From Micromonosporaceae bacterium (GTDB lineage Bacteria; Actinomycetota; Actinomycetes; Mycobacteriales; Micromonosporaceae): a DNA stretch of 64,000 nucleotides. The notes beneath the pieces were generated by a model. It did no database searches and was not told the DNA's origin. It was given only the letters and a program-made list of their open reading frames with translations. Of the stretch, positions 19,751 to 28,641 are shown piece after piece. The stretch is taken from the NCBI GenBank assembly GCA_040255525.1, contig JBDZVD010000024.1, forward strand, positions 1,722-65,721. Reading direction: 5' to 3'. Made by a program: the position numbers and the translations under genes. Numbering within the stretch: position 1 is the first letter of the stretch; each line of letters begins with the position of its first letter.

Positions 19751-20386
19751 CTACCCGAGCGCCGCGAGCCGGGCCGCTTCGGCGAGCGTGTCGGCGACCG
19801 GTACGCCGACGGCCCGCAACCGGGTCGGGTCGGTGAAGCCGCCGGTGTAGAGCACGCAGCGGGCACCGACACTCGATGCCGCGATGGCGTCGTCCACCGA
19901 GTCGCCGATCAGCACGCAGTCCCCGCCGGTCAGCCCCTGCGCCTTGAGGTGGGCGACGAGGTGAGGCGCCTTCGGACCGCCGCCGACCGGATCGCGGAGC
20001 CCGTCGACGCGGGCGAAGTACCGGTCGATCCCGTACCGCGACACGGTCGGTACCAGCTCGTGGTGGAACCACATGGACAGCAGGGACTGGGTACCCGCCC
20101 AGGAACCCAGCGCCTCCAGCGCACCGGCGGACAGCCCGCACGCCAACATTCCCTCGGCATACGCGAGGTGGAACGCCTTGTCCAGCCGGGCGAACTCCTC
20201 CTCGTCGATCGCGCGGCCGAGGACCCCGCTGTAATACTCCGCGATCGGCCGGCGGAAGTCACGCCGGTGCTCCTCGGCGGTCACCGCCGGGCCGCCGAGC
20301 TCCGCGAGCGAGGCGTTGGTGGCGGCGACCACCAGGCTCAGATCGTCGAGCAGGGTTCCGTTCCAGTCCCAGACGAGGTGCGGCAC
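19751..20386 (-). CDS. HAD-family hydrolase
   Basis: HAD motif I (VWDWNGTLLDD) and motif IV (IGDSVDD). Confidence 0.75.
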   Translation of the reverse strand: MPHLVWDWNGTLLDDLSLVVAATNASLAELGGPAVTAEEHRRDFRRPIAEYYSGVLGRAIDEEEFARLDKAFHLAYAEGMLACGLSAGALEALGSWAGTQSLLSMWFHHELVPTVSRYGIDRYFARVDGLRDPVGGGPKAPHLVAHLKAQGLTGGDCVLIGDSVDDAIAASSVGARCVLYTGGFTDPTRLRAVGVPVADTLAEAARLAALG

Positions 20387-20459
20387 CCGGCAACTCTAGC
20401 CGCCGGCGGGCGGGGGACGCCTCCGGAAAATCGGCCGGGCTCCGGCCGCGAGCCCGGCC

Positions 20460-20696
20460 TCAGCCGGCCAGGTCCCGGCGCAGCCGGTCCTCCTCCACCC
20501 GCCAGTACCCGTGCTCCTTGCCGTCCAGCAGGATCACCGGTACCCGGTCGCCGTACTCCGCCTCCAGCTCACGCTCCGACTCGACGTTGATCTCCTGCCA
20601 CTGCTCGCCGGTGTCCGCCGCGATGCGGTCCATCGCCTGTTTGGCGACATCGCACAGGTGGCAGCCGGGTCGGGTGATCAAGGTCAGTCGAGGCAC
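20460..20696 (-). CDS. glutaredoxin-like protein (DUF836 type)
   Basis: LTLITRPGCHLCD active-site CxxC and ~78 aa length. From memory, it occupies a position near the hem operon equivalent to Rv0508. Confidence 0.75.
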   Translation of the reverse strand: MPRLTLITRPGCHLCDVAKQAMDRIAADTGEQWQEINVESERELEAEYGDRVPVILLDGKEHGYWRVEEDRLRRDLAG

Positions 20697-20705
20697 CGGA
20701 CCAAC

Positions 20706-22247
20706 CTAACCCGGGTCGCGCAGCTTGGCTTTGCGTACCCTGCCGGTGGCCGAGTGCGGCAACGACGGGACGAATTCGATCGCGGTCGGGCACTTGAACC
20801 GGGCCAGATTGCGCTCGCAGTGCGCCAGCAGCTCCTCGGTGCCGACCGTGGCCGAGATCACCACGAAGGCCTTCACCGTCTCCCCGGTGTACGGGTGGGG
20901 GATGCCGACCACAGCCGCCTCCCGTACCGCAGGGTGCGCCATCAGTACCCGCTCCACCTCGTACGGGTACACGTTGAACCCGCTGACCAAGATCAGCTCT
21001 CGCTTCCGGTCGACCAGGAACAGGTCCCCGTCGGCGTCGGCGTACGCCACGTCGCCGGTGGCCCACCAGCCCTCCGCGTCCGGGCCGCCCCGGCCGTCCG
21101 GCCAGTACCCGCTGAACAGGTTCGCGCCCCGGGCCACGATCTCGCCCGGGTCGGTACCGGGTGAGCCGGGCGAGTCGTCGTCGAAGTCGTCGTCGACGAG
21201 GTCGATCTCGTCCCCCGACGCGGCCACCAGCTTCAGCGACACGCCCGGGATCGCCCGGCCGATCGATCCCTGCTTGGTCACCGGTGCGACCAGTCCCGAC
21301 GTGAGCACCGGAGCGGCTTCGGTCAGCCCGTACCCCTCGAAGACCGGGTGCCCGGTCGCCTTGAGGAAGCGGGCGCCCGCCAGCGGGTGCAGCGGCGCCG
21401 CTCCGCTGACCGTCAGCCGCACCGACGAGAACGCCTCGCCGAACTCGGGCAGCAGGGACCAGGCCACGAACATCGCCGGTACGCCGATGACGATGGTCAC
21501 CCGGTGCTCGGCGACCAGCCGCAGCGACTCGACCGGGTCGAACCGTTCCAGCAGCACGCCCGTGCCGCCGTGGTACGCCAGGGCGCCGAGGCCAGCGTTG
21601 AGCCCGTACGAGTGGAACAGCGGCAGGGCCAGCAGGATCACGTCATCCGCGGCCAGGGGCGGCGGCTCGACTCGGGCGAGCTGGGCGTGGTTGGCCAGCA
21701 GCGCCCGGTGGGAGAGCATCGCGCCCTTGGGGTTGCCCTCGGTACCGCTGGTGTAGAGCAGGACGGCAAGATCTTCGCCGCCGGCCACCTGCCCCGGCGC
21801 CTGCCGGGGGACGCCTGCGGGCTGGGACGGCGGCGTGTCGTTCGGGCCGTACCGGTGGCGCAGCGGTAGCCCGTCGGCGACCAGGTCGACGGCGGCGAGC
21901 ACCTCCGGCGTCGCGAACAGCGCGGCTGCCCCGGAGTCGGCCAGGATGTGCCGCAGCTCCCGACCGGTATACCCGGGATTGACCGGTACCGCGACCAGCC
22001 CGGCCCGGAGGACGGCGAAGTAGGACTCGACGAACCGCGGCACGTTGGGCAGCGCGATCGCCACCCGGCCCGGGTACCCGTTGTCCTCCGGCAGCGCGAG
22101 CGCGCGCAACCCGGCGGCAAGCTCGTCGATCCGGCTGTCGAGCTGTGCCCAGGTCACAGTCTGGTCCTGCCAGATCAACGCAACCTTGTCCGGGGTGGTC
22201 CGCGCAGCCTCGCTGACCGTTTCGGCGACGTTTCGTGGCTCGTGCAC
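20706..22247 (-). CDS. AMP-dependent acyl-CoA synthetase/ligase (FadD-like)
   Basis: AMP-binding motif LLYTSGTEGNPKGAMLSH, plus GYGLTEA, WATGDVAY and the C-terminal GRVRKAKLR. Confidence 0.85.
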   Translation of the reverse strand: MHEPRNVAETVSEAARTTPDKVALIWQDQTVTWAQLDSRIDELAAGLRALALPEDNGYPGRVAIALPNVPRFVESYFAVLRAGLVAVPVNPGYTGRELRHILADSGAAALFATPEVLAAVDLVADGLPLRHRYGPNDTPPSQPAGVPRQAPGQVAGGEDLAVLLYTSGTEGNPKGAMLSHRALLANHAQLARVEPPPLAADDVILLALPLFHSYGLNAGLGALAYHGGTGVLLERFDPVESLRLVAEHRVTIVIGVPAMFVAWSLLPEFGEAFSSVRLTVSGAAPLHPLAGARFLKATGHPVFEGYGLTEAAPVLTSGLVAPVTKQGSIGRAIPGVSLKLVAASGDEIDLVDDDFDDDSPGSPGTDPGEIVARGANLFSGYWPDGRGGPDAEGWWATGDVAYADADGDLFLVDRKRELILVSGFNVYPYEVERVLMAHPAVREAAVVGIPHPYTGETVKAFVVISATVGTEELLAHCERNLARFKCPTAIEFVPSLPHSATGRVRKAKLRDPG

Positions 22248-22291
22248 GAACGCACCCTAGCGCCGGGGCGGCGATCCTGGCGCCTGCCAGT

Positions 22292-22359
22292 TTTCTCTCC
22301 CGGCGCCACGTGCTTTCTCTCCCGGCGGCCACGTGCTTTCTCCCCCCGGCACCCGTGGC
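22292..22359. repeat. three tandem 22-23 bp repeats, each with a CACGTG-type core
   Basis: TTTCTCTCCCGGCGCCACGTGC (22292-22313), TTTCTCTCCCGGCGGCCACGTGC (22314-22336) and the degenerate TTTCTCCCCCCGGCACCCGTGGC (22337-22359). They start ~45 bp upstream of the fadD-like start codon. Confidence 0.9.
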
Positions 22360-22759
22360 CCTTGATCACGACACGCCCGGATTCGAGCAACACGCCGGGT
22401 GACACGCCGGTCACGACACGCCGAGAGCGCCTGGATGCGTGTCGCGGAATTCCGGCGAGTCCTGCCCGGCAAGGCCTTGTCAATTACAGACCGGCGGACA
22501 ACGTGTGCGACGAGTGTCGGAGGTCGTCCGAAATACTTCGCCTCTGAGTAACGGACTCCGCACGCATCGGTGACGTTGGCCCTATTATTTCTCAGGTCGG
22601 CTCACCCGATGTGTCGTGTGTCGACACCCCTCTGCCTGAGGAGGCCGCAGTGCCCGTTGAAGCACCGCACCACCACCTCGTGGGCAGGAGTCGGGTTCCC
22701 CGACGGATCCCGGCTTCCGCTCTCCGGGCGCTGGCGCACGGGCCGGCGGAGGAGGTGCG

Positions 22760-23761
22760 GTGACCCGTTACGACCTGGCCGGCGCTGGAGCCGGCGCGTC
22801 CTTCCCCGAGGTGCTCGGGGCGCGGCTCGCGCTCACCGAGGGCCTGTCCGTCCTGCGCGACTGCGTATCCGGGATGCTGACGTCCGTCCTGGGCAGCGAC
22901 GGCGGTACCAGTTCCCGGACGCGCAACCGGCCACACATCAACGACATCCCGATCCGGCACATCCCCGGCGGCAACACGAAGCCGGTCGGCGGCCGGTTGG
23001 CCGTCCCGCCACGGCCGGTTCCGGCGCAGGTGCCGGAGCTCGGCGGCGACACCGAGCAGCTGCCGAAGCTGCCCGCGGCGGGCACCGACCTCATCGACGG
23101 GGTGCGTGCCGACCAGTCGACGGAGGCGCCACCGTCGAAGACCGGACCACCGGGCGGGCCGCCGAGTGGCTACCCGGACCGCCCCGACCCGTCGGACGCC
23201 GCGGCGGCGGTGTGGGCGCTGGTCGAGCGGGCGCAGGCCGGGGAGGCCGAGGCGTTCGGACTGATCTACGACCGGTACGTCGACACGGTCTTCCGGTTCA
23301 TCTACTTCCGGGTCGGCAACCGGCAACTGGCCGAGGACCTCACCTCGGACACCTTCCTGCGGGCCCTCAAGCGCATCGGCAGCTTCACCTGGCAGGGCCG
23401 CGATCTGGGCGCCTGGCTGGTGACGATCGCCCGGAACCTGGTCGCGGACCACTTCAAGTCGGGCCGGTACCGGCTGGAGGTCACCACCGGCGACGTGCTG
23501 GACGCCGACCGCGAGGACCGGGGCCCGGAGGGCAGCCCGGAGTCGGCGGTGGTCGACCACATCACCAACGTCGCGCTGCTCAGCGCGGTCAAGCAGCTCA
23601 ACCCGGAACAGCAGGAGTGCATCGTGCTCCGCTTCCTGCAGGGCTTCTCGGTGGCCGAGACGGCCCAGGCGATGGGCAAGAACGAAGGAGCGATCAAGGC
23701 ACTTCAGTACCGCGCGGTGCGGGCCCTGGCCCGGCTGCTACCGGACGGCTTCCGGGCGTGA
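22760..23761 (+). CDS. ECF-type sigma-70 family RNA polymerase sigma factor with ~150-aa N-terminal extension
   Basis: Region 2 (FGLIYDRYVDTVFRFIYFRVGNRQLAEDLTSDTFLRALKRI...GAWLVTIARNLVADHF) and region 4 (LNPEQQECIVLRFLQGFSVAETAQAMGKNEGAIKALQYRAVRAL). GTG start preceded by GGAGGAGG. GC3 stays high through the extension. Confidence 0.85.
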   Translation: MTRYDLAGAGAGASFPEVLGARLALTEGLSVLRDCVSGMLTSVLGSDGGTSSRTRNRPHINDIPIRHIPGGNTKPVGGRLAVPPRPVPAQVPELGGDTEQLPKLPAAGTDLIDGVRADQSTEAPPSKTGPPGGPPSGYPDRPDPSDAAAAVWALVERAQAGEAEAFGLIYDRYVDTVFRFIYFRVGNRQLAEDLTSDTFLRALKRIGSFTWQGRDLGAWLVTIARNLVADHFKSGRYRLEVTTGDVLDADREDRGPEGSPESAVVDHITNVALLSAVKQLNPEQQECIVLRFLQGFSVAETAQAMGKNEGAIKALQYRAVRALARLLPDGFRA

Positions 23762-23891
23762 CCGTCCGCCATTCGGGAAGGCGCGGGACGGCAGCCGCCC
23801 CAGCCGTAACCGGAGGCGTGACTCGCGCGTTGGAATCGATGCCAGCCGGCAGGGCCCCCGCCGGTGCGACCAACGGGAGGAGGTGCGGGTA

Positions 23892-24836
23892 ATGGCCGCG
23901 ATTTTTCACCGTCGCCGTGCCGAACGATTCGCACAGCTCCTTGACCAGGCCGACGGCAGGAGCCACCGACACAGTCGCACGCCGCTCGATGAGGAGCTGG
24001 CCGACTATGTGGCGCTCGGCCGTATGGTGTCCGGACGGGATCTGACCACGCAACACGGGCCGGATCCGGACTTCCGCTCCAGCTTGCGCGCCATGCTGGT
24101 GGCCACCGCCGAGCGCGAGGGCATCGGAGTCACGGCGGGCAAGGACCAGCGTCGCAGGGTCCTGGGTCCGGTGTATCTGAGCGCCTCGGCTCAGTCCGGC
24201 ACGTCGAGCGCTCCCCGTTCGGGCAAGCGCCCGGTCGTGGGCAGCCGCCGTACCCGTGGCGCGATCATCGTCGGTATCGCCGCCGGTACCCTCGCCCTGT
24301 CCGGCATGTCGATGGCCAGCGGCGACGCGATGCCCGGCGACCCGCTGTACGGCGTCAAGCGATCGACGGAGAGCGCTCAGCTCGCGCTGACCGGATCCGA
24401 CATCGACCGGGGCCAGACGTACCTGGGATTCGCCCGCAACCGGATCCTGGAGGCGTCGACCGTCCGCAACAACCCGACCCGGGTTGAGGACACCCTCGGC
24501 GACATGGACAACCAGACCGTCCATGGCATCAGGCTGCTCAGCGCGGTCGCGGTCAACCGGCACGACTCGACCGCGCTGAACGTGATCGACGATTTCGTCA
24601 CGGCCCAGCGGCCACTCGTCACCCAGTTGACGACCGACCTGTCCGGTCCGGCAAAGGCCCGGGCGGAACAGTCCGTGAACCTGCTGGATCAGGTCGGCCG
24701 ACGGGTGGCGGCCCTGCGTGCCGCGCTGATGTGCGGTTCGACGGTGACCGCCTCCGACGCGCTGGGGCCGACGCCGCCCGGGTGTCCGGGCGCGTCCCGG
24801 GCCGGCCAGACGTCACCGGCCGACCCCGGGCACTGA
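23892..24836 (+). CDS. DUF5667-like membrane protein, probable sigma-factor partner (anti-sigma-like)
   Basis: N-terminus RRRAERFAQLLD is typical of DUF5667 proteins next to ECF sigmas, as I recall. Single TM (AIIVGIAAGTLALSGMSMA). The ATG at 23892 lies ~10 nt after GGAGGAGG; an alternative GTG is at 23883. Confidence 0.6.
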   Translation: MAAIFHRRRAERFAQLLDQADGRSHRHSRTPLDEELADYVALGRMVSGRDLTTQHGPDPDFRSSLRAMLVATAEREGIGVTAGKDQRRRVLGPVYLSASAQSGTSSAPRSGKRPVVGSRRTRGAIIVGIAAGTLALSGMSMASGDAMPGDPLYGVKRSTESAQLALTGSDIDRGQTYLGFARNRILEASTVRNNPTRVEDTLGDMDNQTVHGIRLLSAVAVNRHDSTALNVIDDFVTAQRPLVTQLTTDLSGPAKARAEQSVNLLDQVGRRVAALRAALMCGSTVTASDALGPTPPGCPGASRAGQTSPADPGH

Positions 24837-24896
24837 CCAACCCAGGGTCCCATCCCGCTCGTACCCAGACCCCCGGCCGCGCCCGGGGGTCTTTTC

Positions 24897-25805
24897 TTGC
24901 CGGGGCGGATACCCTCGCAGAGGTCGACACCCGAACGCGGAGAGGGGCGGAGCGTGACCGGGACACCACGGCACGAAGTGCTCGCCGGCTGGGCTGCGGC
25001 CGAAGTCGAGGCCGCCCTCACGGTGCCCGCGGACCCCTCCGCCGCGGCCTTCTTCGACATTGACAACACCATGATGCAGGGCGCCTCGATCTACTGGTTC
25101 GCGCGCGGACTGGCCGCCCGCAAGTACTTCACCACGACCGACCTGGCCCGGTTCGCCTGGAGCCAGCTCAAGTTCCGGCTGCTGGCGCGGGAACACGGCG
25201 GCGACATGTCGAACGCCAAGCAGGCCGCCCTGGCGTTCGTGCAGGGCTGGTCGGTCGGCGAGCTGCGGCGGCTGTCCGAGGAGATCTTCGACGAGCTCAT
25301 GGCCGAACGGATCTGGTCCGGCACCCGGGCGCTGGCGCAGCTCCATTTGGACGCCGGGCAGCGGGTGTGGCTGGTCACCGCGGCCCCGATCGAGCTGGGC
25401 CAGGTGATGGCCGACCGGCTGGGGCTGACCGGCGCACTCGGCACAGTCGCGGAGATCGACCATGGGGTCTACACCGGCCGCCTGGTCGGCGACCTGCTGC
25501 ACGGTCCGGCGAAAGCGGAGGCGATCACCGCACTGGCCGCGACCGAGGGGCTCGACCTGAGCCGGTGCACGGCGTACAGCGACTCGGTCAACGACGTTCC
25601 GATGCTGTCCCTGGTGGGGCACGCGGTCGCGGTCAACCCCGACGCCGCCCTGCGCCGGGAGGCACGGCACCGCAACTGGGAGGTACGCGACTTCCGCACC
25701 GGCCGGAAGGCCGCCAAGATCGCCGTACCGTCGGCGCTGGGTACCGGCATGGTCATCGGCGCGGTCCTGGCGACCGCGGCGATCAGGCGCAAGCAGTCGC
25801 GCTAG
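24897..25805 (+). CDS. HAD-IB family hydrolase (SerB-like) with C-terminal TM anchor
   Basis: [15 protein letters not shown] (motif I) and [15 protein letters not shown] (motif IV). Start position is uncertain. Confidence 0.8.
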   Translation: MPGRIPSQRSTPERGEGRSVTGTPRHEVLAGWAAAEVEAALTVPADPSAAAFFDIDNTMMQGASIYWFARGLAARKYFTTTDLARFAWSQLKFRLLAREHGGDMSNAKQAALAFVQGWSVGELRRLSEEIFDELMAERIWSGTRALAQLHLDAGQRVWLVTAAPIELGQVMADRLGLTGALGTVAEIDHGVYTGRLVGDLLHGPAKAEAITALAATEGLDLSRCTAYSDSVNDVPMLSLVGHAVAVNPDAALRREARHRNWEVRDFRTGRKAAKIAVPSALGTGMVIGAVLATAAIRRKQSR

Positions 25806-26836
25806 CGCTGCGGACCCTTCCCGCTGTCGCGGTCGCGCTGTTCCAGCAGCCGGTACAGAGTCTGCTGGATCGTCTCCCGCACCTGGTCGGCCAGGTTGAA
25901 CACGACCGCCGGATCGTCGGCCTGCTCGGCCCGCCCGGCGGTCTCGATCGGCGTACCGAAGCTGATCAGCCACTTCGACGGCAACGGAATCATCCCGAGC
26001 GGCCCGAGCCAGGGGAAGGTCGGCGTGACCGGGAAGTACGGCCAGCCGAGCAGCCTGGCCAGGGGCTTGATGTCGCCGATCATCGGATAGATCTCTTCGG
26101 CACCGACGATGCTCACCGGGACGATCGGGGTACCGGTGCGCAACGCTGCCGAGACGAACCCGCCCCGCCCGAAACGCTGCAGCTTGTACCGGTCGCGGTA
26201 CAGCTTGCCGACGCCCTTGAAGCCCTCCGGGAACACGCCGACGAGTTCCCCGTCCCCGAGCAGCCGCTCGGCATCCGGGTTACAGGCCAGCGTGCTGCCG
26301 TGCTTGCGGGCCAGCTCGGAGATGAACGGCACCCGGAAGACCAGGTCGGCCCCGAGCAGCCGGAGGTACCGGTGGGCCGGGTGCTCGTCGTGTACGGCGA
26401 CGGTGAGCATCAGCGCGTCCATCGCCACCACGCCGGAGTGGTTCGCCACCACCAGGGCCGAACCGGTGGCGGGCAGGTTCTGGATGCCCTCGACATCGAC
26501 CCGGAACCAGTCGTGGTAGAGCCGACGGAGCAACGGAAAGAACACGCCGTCGGTGAGTTGTTGGTCGAACCCGAACTCGTCCACCTCGTACGCGCCGGTC
26601 AGCCTCCGGCGCAGGAACGCGAGCGCGTCCGCGACCCGGCGGTCCCAGACGTCCTGTTGCGGCGCCGCCGGCCGGGGCGCCACGCGCGAGGGCGCCGGCT
26701 CGGGCAGCCGCGCGGCGGACGGTGCCGCAGCGGACGGTGCCGGGGCGATCCGCGGGCGGGCGGCCGCCGGGGTGGCCGGCGACACGTGCCCGCCGTTCGG
26801 GTACGGGACGCCGGAGCGGCTCTCGAAGTCGGTCAT
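25802..26836 (-). CDS. 1-acyl-sn-glycerol-3-phosphate (lysophospholipid) acyltransferase family protein
   Basis: HxxxxD motif ([14 protein letters not shown]), plus FPEGFKG and PIVPVSIVG. The ATG at 26836 is preferred over the track start at 26974, which overlaps the upstream gene. Confidence 0.8.
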   Translation of the reverse strand: MTDFESRSGVPYPNGGHVSPATPAAARPRIAPAPSAAAPSAARLPEPAPSRVAPRPAAPQQDVWDRRVADALAFLRRRLTGAYEVDEFGFDQQLTDGVFFPLLRRLYHDWFRVDVEGIQNLPATGSALVVANHSGVVAMDALMLTVAVHDEHPAHRYLRLLGADLVFRVPFISELARKHGSTLACNPDAERLLGDGELVGVFPEGFKGVGKLYRDRYKLQRFGRGGFVSAALRTGTPIVPVSIVGAEEIYPMIGDIKPLARLLGWPYFPVTPTFPWLGPLGMIPLPSKWLISFGTPIETAGRAEQADDPAVVFNLADQVRETIQQTLYRLLEQRDRDSGKGPQR

Positions 26837-26894
26837 CTCGCCACCCGTGGCGCCGAGGAACCAGGCGCGGCGGGCAGGCCGCGGATGTTCGTGG

Positions 26895-27998
26895 TCATGA
26901 GCTGTCCCGGAGGGCGGCACGGGCGGCACGGATCCCGCCGAGGATGCTCCGCTCCGCCGCGGCCACCGCGTCACCGGGCAGGATCCCGCCCGCTCCGGTA
27001 CCCCGGAGGAAGTCGGCGAACGCGTCCGACGTGGTGCGCGGCGTGTACCCGTACTCCTTGATCAGGCGCGTGGTGTCCACCACCCGGCCGTGAACGAACA
27101 GGTCGAGCTGGTCGAGGGTGAACTTGACACCCGAGCGCGCCAGCCCCGCGGCGGCGGACAGCCCCTGCTCCATGACCGGGACGGCGATCCGGTTGGCCCG
27201 GCGTACCGCCTGGGACAGCGTGATCACCCCGGCGCCCGCGACGTTGAACGTACCCGGATGATCTTCCACCACGGACCGGTGCAGCACCTCCAACGCGTCA
27301 TCGACGTGGATGAACTGGAGGCGGGGATCCCGGCCGAGCACGGTGGGCACGAACGGCAGCGCGAAATACCTGGTCAGGCTCGTGTTCGCGCGCCGGCCGA
27401 TGAACGGCGCGAAGCGCAGCACCGTGGCCGCCACATCGCGGCGGCGGCGCTGGAAACCGCGGACATACCCCTCGATGTCAAGCACATCGCGGGCGAATCC
27501 GCCACGGGGAATCTCGCGCGGCTCGGTGTCCTCGGTGAACACCGCCGGGTCGCGGAAGGACGCCCCGTACGCGGCGGTCGACGACCGGATCACGATCTTC
27601 CGCAGGTCGGGCGCCTGCTGGCAGGCGGCGAGTAGCTGCATCGTGCCGATGACGTTTTGCTCTTTCATCGCCGGCCGGCCACCGGCGTGCCGGTCGCCCG
27701 CGACGGCCAAATGAACGACCGCCTCCACCCGCTCAGACGAAATGATCTTCGCGGGTTCGGCGGTCGTGATGTCGGCGGCGACGAACTCGACGCCTCCGGC
27801 AAGGAGGATCGCGAATTCGGCGGGCGGTTGCTCGCTGTCCAGCCCGATGACCCGCCCGATCCGGGAATCGGCAGCAAGCCGCGCGGCAACCTGGGCGCCA
27901 AGATAGCGGGCGACGCCGGTGACCAGCACCACCCCCGGGCCACGGTGACGCCGGCGCGGGATGGCGCCGTTGATCCGGCGCTCCTGACCGGTGCTCAC
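26895..27998 (-). CDS. NAD-dependent epimerase/dehydratase family protein
   Basis: Rossmann motif VVLVTGVARYLG, and YGAS in place of the YxxxK region. GTG start with a GGAGGAG RBS. From memory, syntenic with Rv0501. Confidence 0.8.
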   Translation of the reverse strand: MSTGQERRINGAIPRRRHRGPGVVLVTGVARYLGAQVAARLAADSRIGRVIGLDSEQPPAEFAILLAGGVEFVAADITTAEPAKIISSERVEAVVHLAVAGDRHAGGRPAMKEQNVIGTMQLLAACQQAPDLRKIVIRSSTAAYGASFRDPAVFTEDTEPREIPRGGFARDVLDIEGYVRGFQRRRRDVAATVLRFAPFIGRRANTSLTRYFALPFVPTVLGRDPRLQFIHVDDALEVLHRSVVEDHPGTFNVAGAGVITLSQAVRRANRIAVPVMEQGLSAAAGLARSGVKFTLDQLDLFVHGRVVDTTRLIKEYGYTPRTTSDAFADFLRGTGAGGILPGDAVAAAERSILGGIRAARAALRDSS

Positions 27999-28071
27999 GT
28001 CACTCCTCCGCGTTTTCGCCAGAAGGAAACTGAGCGAGGGGTGCGTCTACCTTCCCGCCGAGGCGGGGCGC

Positions 28072-28173
28072 CTACTTGCCGAGACGGCGACGCTGGACGC
28101 GGGTCTTGCGCAGCAGCTTCCGATGCTTCTTCTTGGCCATCCGCTTGCGGCGCTTCTTGACGACCGAGCCCAT
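28072..28173 (-). CDS. 30S ribosomal protein bS22 (33 aa; Rv0500B-type)
   Basis: The reverse strand translates exactly to [33 protein letters not shown] followed by a stop, the highly conserved actinobacterial bS22 sequence. Absent from the ORF track because it is under 60 aa. Confidence 0.85.
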   Translation of the reverse strand: MGSVVKKRRKRMAKKKHRKLLRKTRVQRRRLGK

Positions 28174-28264
28174 ACGAGTTTTCCCCTCGAACTGTGCGCT
28201 TGAGTAAACCCGGTAAGCCTAGCCGGCACCCGAGGGGAACACGAAACCGGCCCTGCCCGTGCGG

Positions 28265-28477
28265 TCAGGCCGATCTGGAGAACGCGTCGCGCAGGTAGGC
28301 GTGCACGGCATGCTCGGGTACCCGGAACGATCGCCCGACCCGGACCGCGGTGAGCTCACCCGAGTGGACCAGGCGGTAAACCGTCATCTTGGACACCCGC
28401 ATGAGCCCCGCCACCTCGGCAACGGTCAGAAACTGAACCTCCGAAAACCTGCCCTCGGAGTGTGCGGATCCCGCCAT
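28265..28477 (-). CDS. excisionase-family helix-turn-helix DNA-binding protein (Rv0500A-like)
   Basis: FLTVAEVAGLMRVSKMTVYRLVHSGELTAVRVGRSFRVPE. Conserved pairing with bS22 immediately downstream. Confidence 0.8.
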   Translation of the reverse strand: MAGSAHSEGRFSEVQFLTVAEVAGLMRVSKMTVYRLVHSGELTAVRVGRSFRVPEHAVHAYLRDAFSRSA

Positions 28478-28641
28478 GGCTCACCCTCGGTCCTGTCCCC
28501 GGCGCGCACCCGTCGGGAGGCTTGCGCCGCCGGGGCGGGGAACGCGCGTGTAACTAGAACGGTACCGGTACGGGTGTGACTTCCGCGACGGCTTCTCACA
28601 TTTGTTCCCTGGTCGCGGTACCCGCCGACGGGTGGCCCGGC

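Noticed and set aside
22292-22359. Tandem repeats here and at 2918..2980, considered as a CRISPR array.
   Set aside because: The units are directly adjacent with no spacers, there are only 2-3 copies, and no cas genes lie nearby.
28047-28229. 60-aa track ORF on the minus strand ([14 protein letters not shown]...).
   Set aside because: It is the wrong frame. A different minus-strand frame of the same DNA encodes the exact bS22 sequence (28072..28173).
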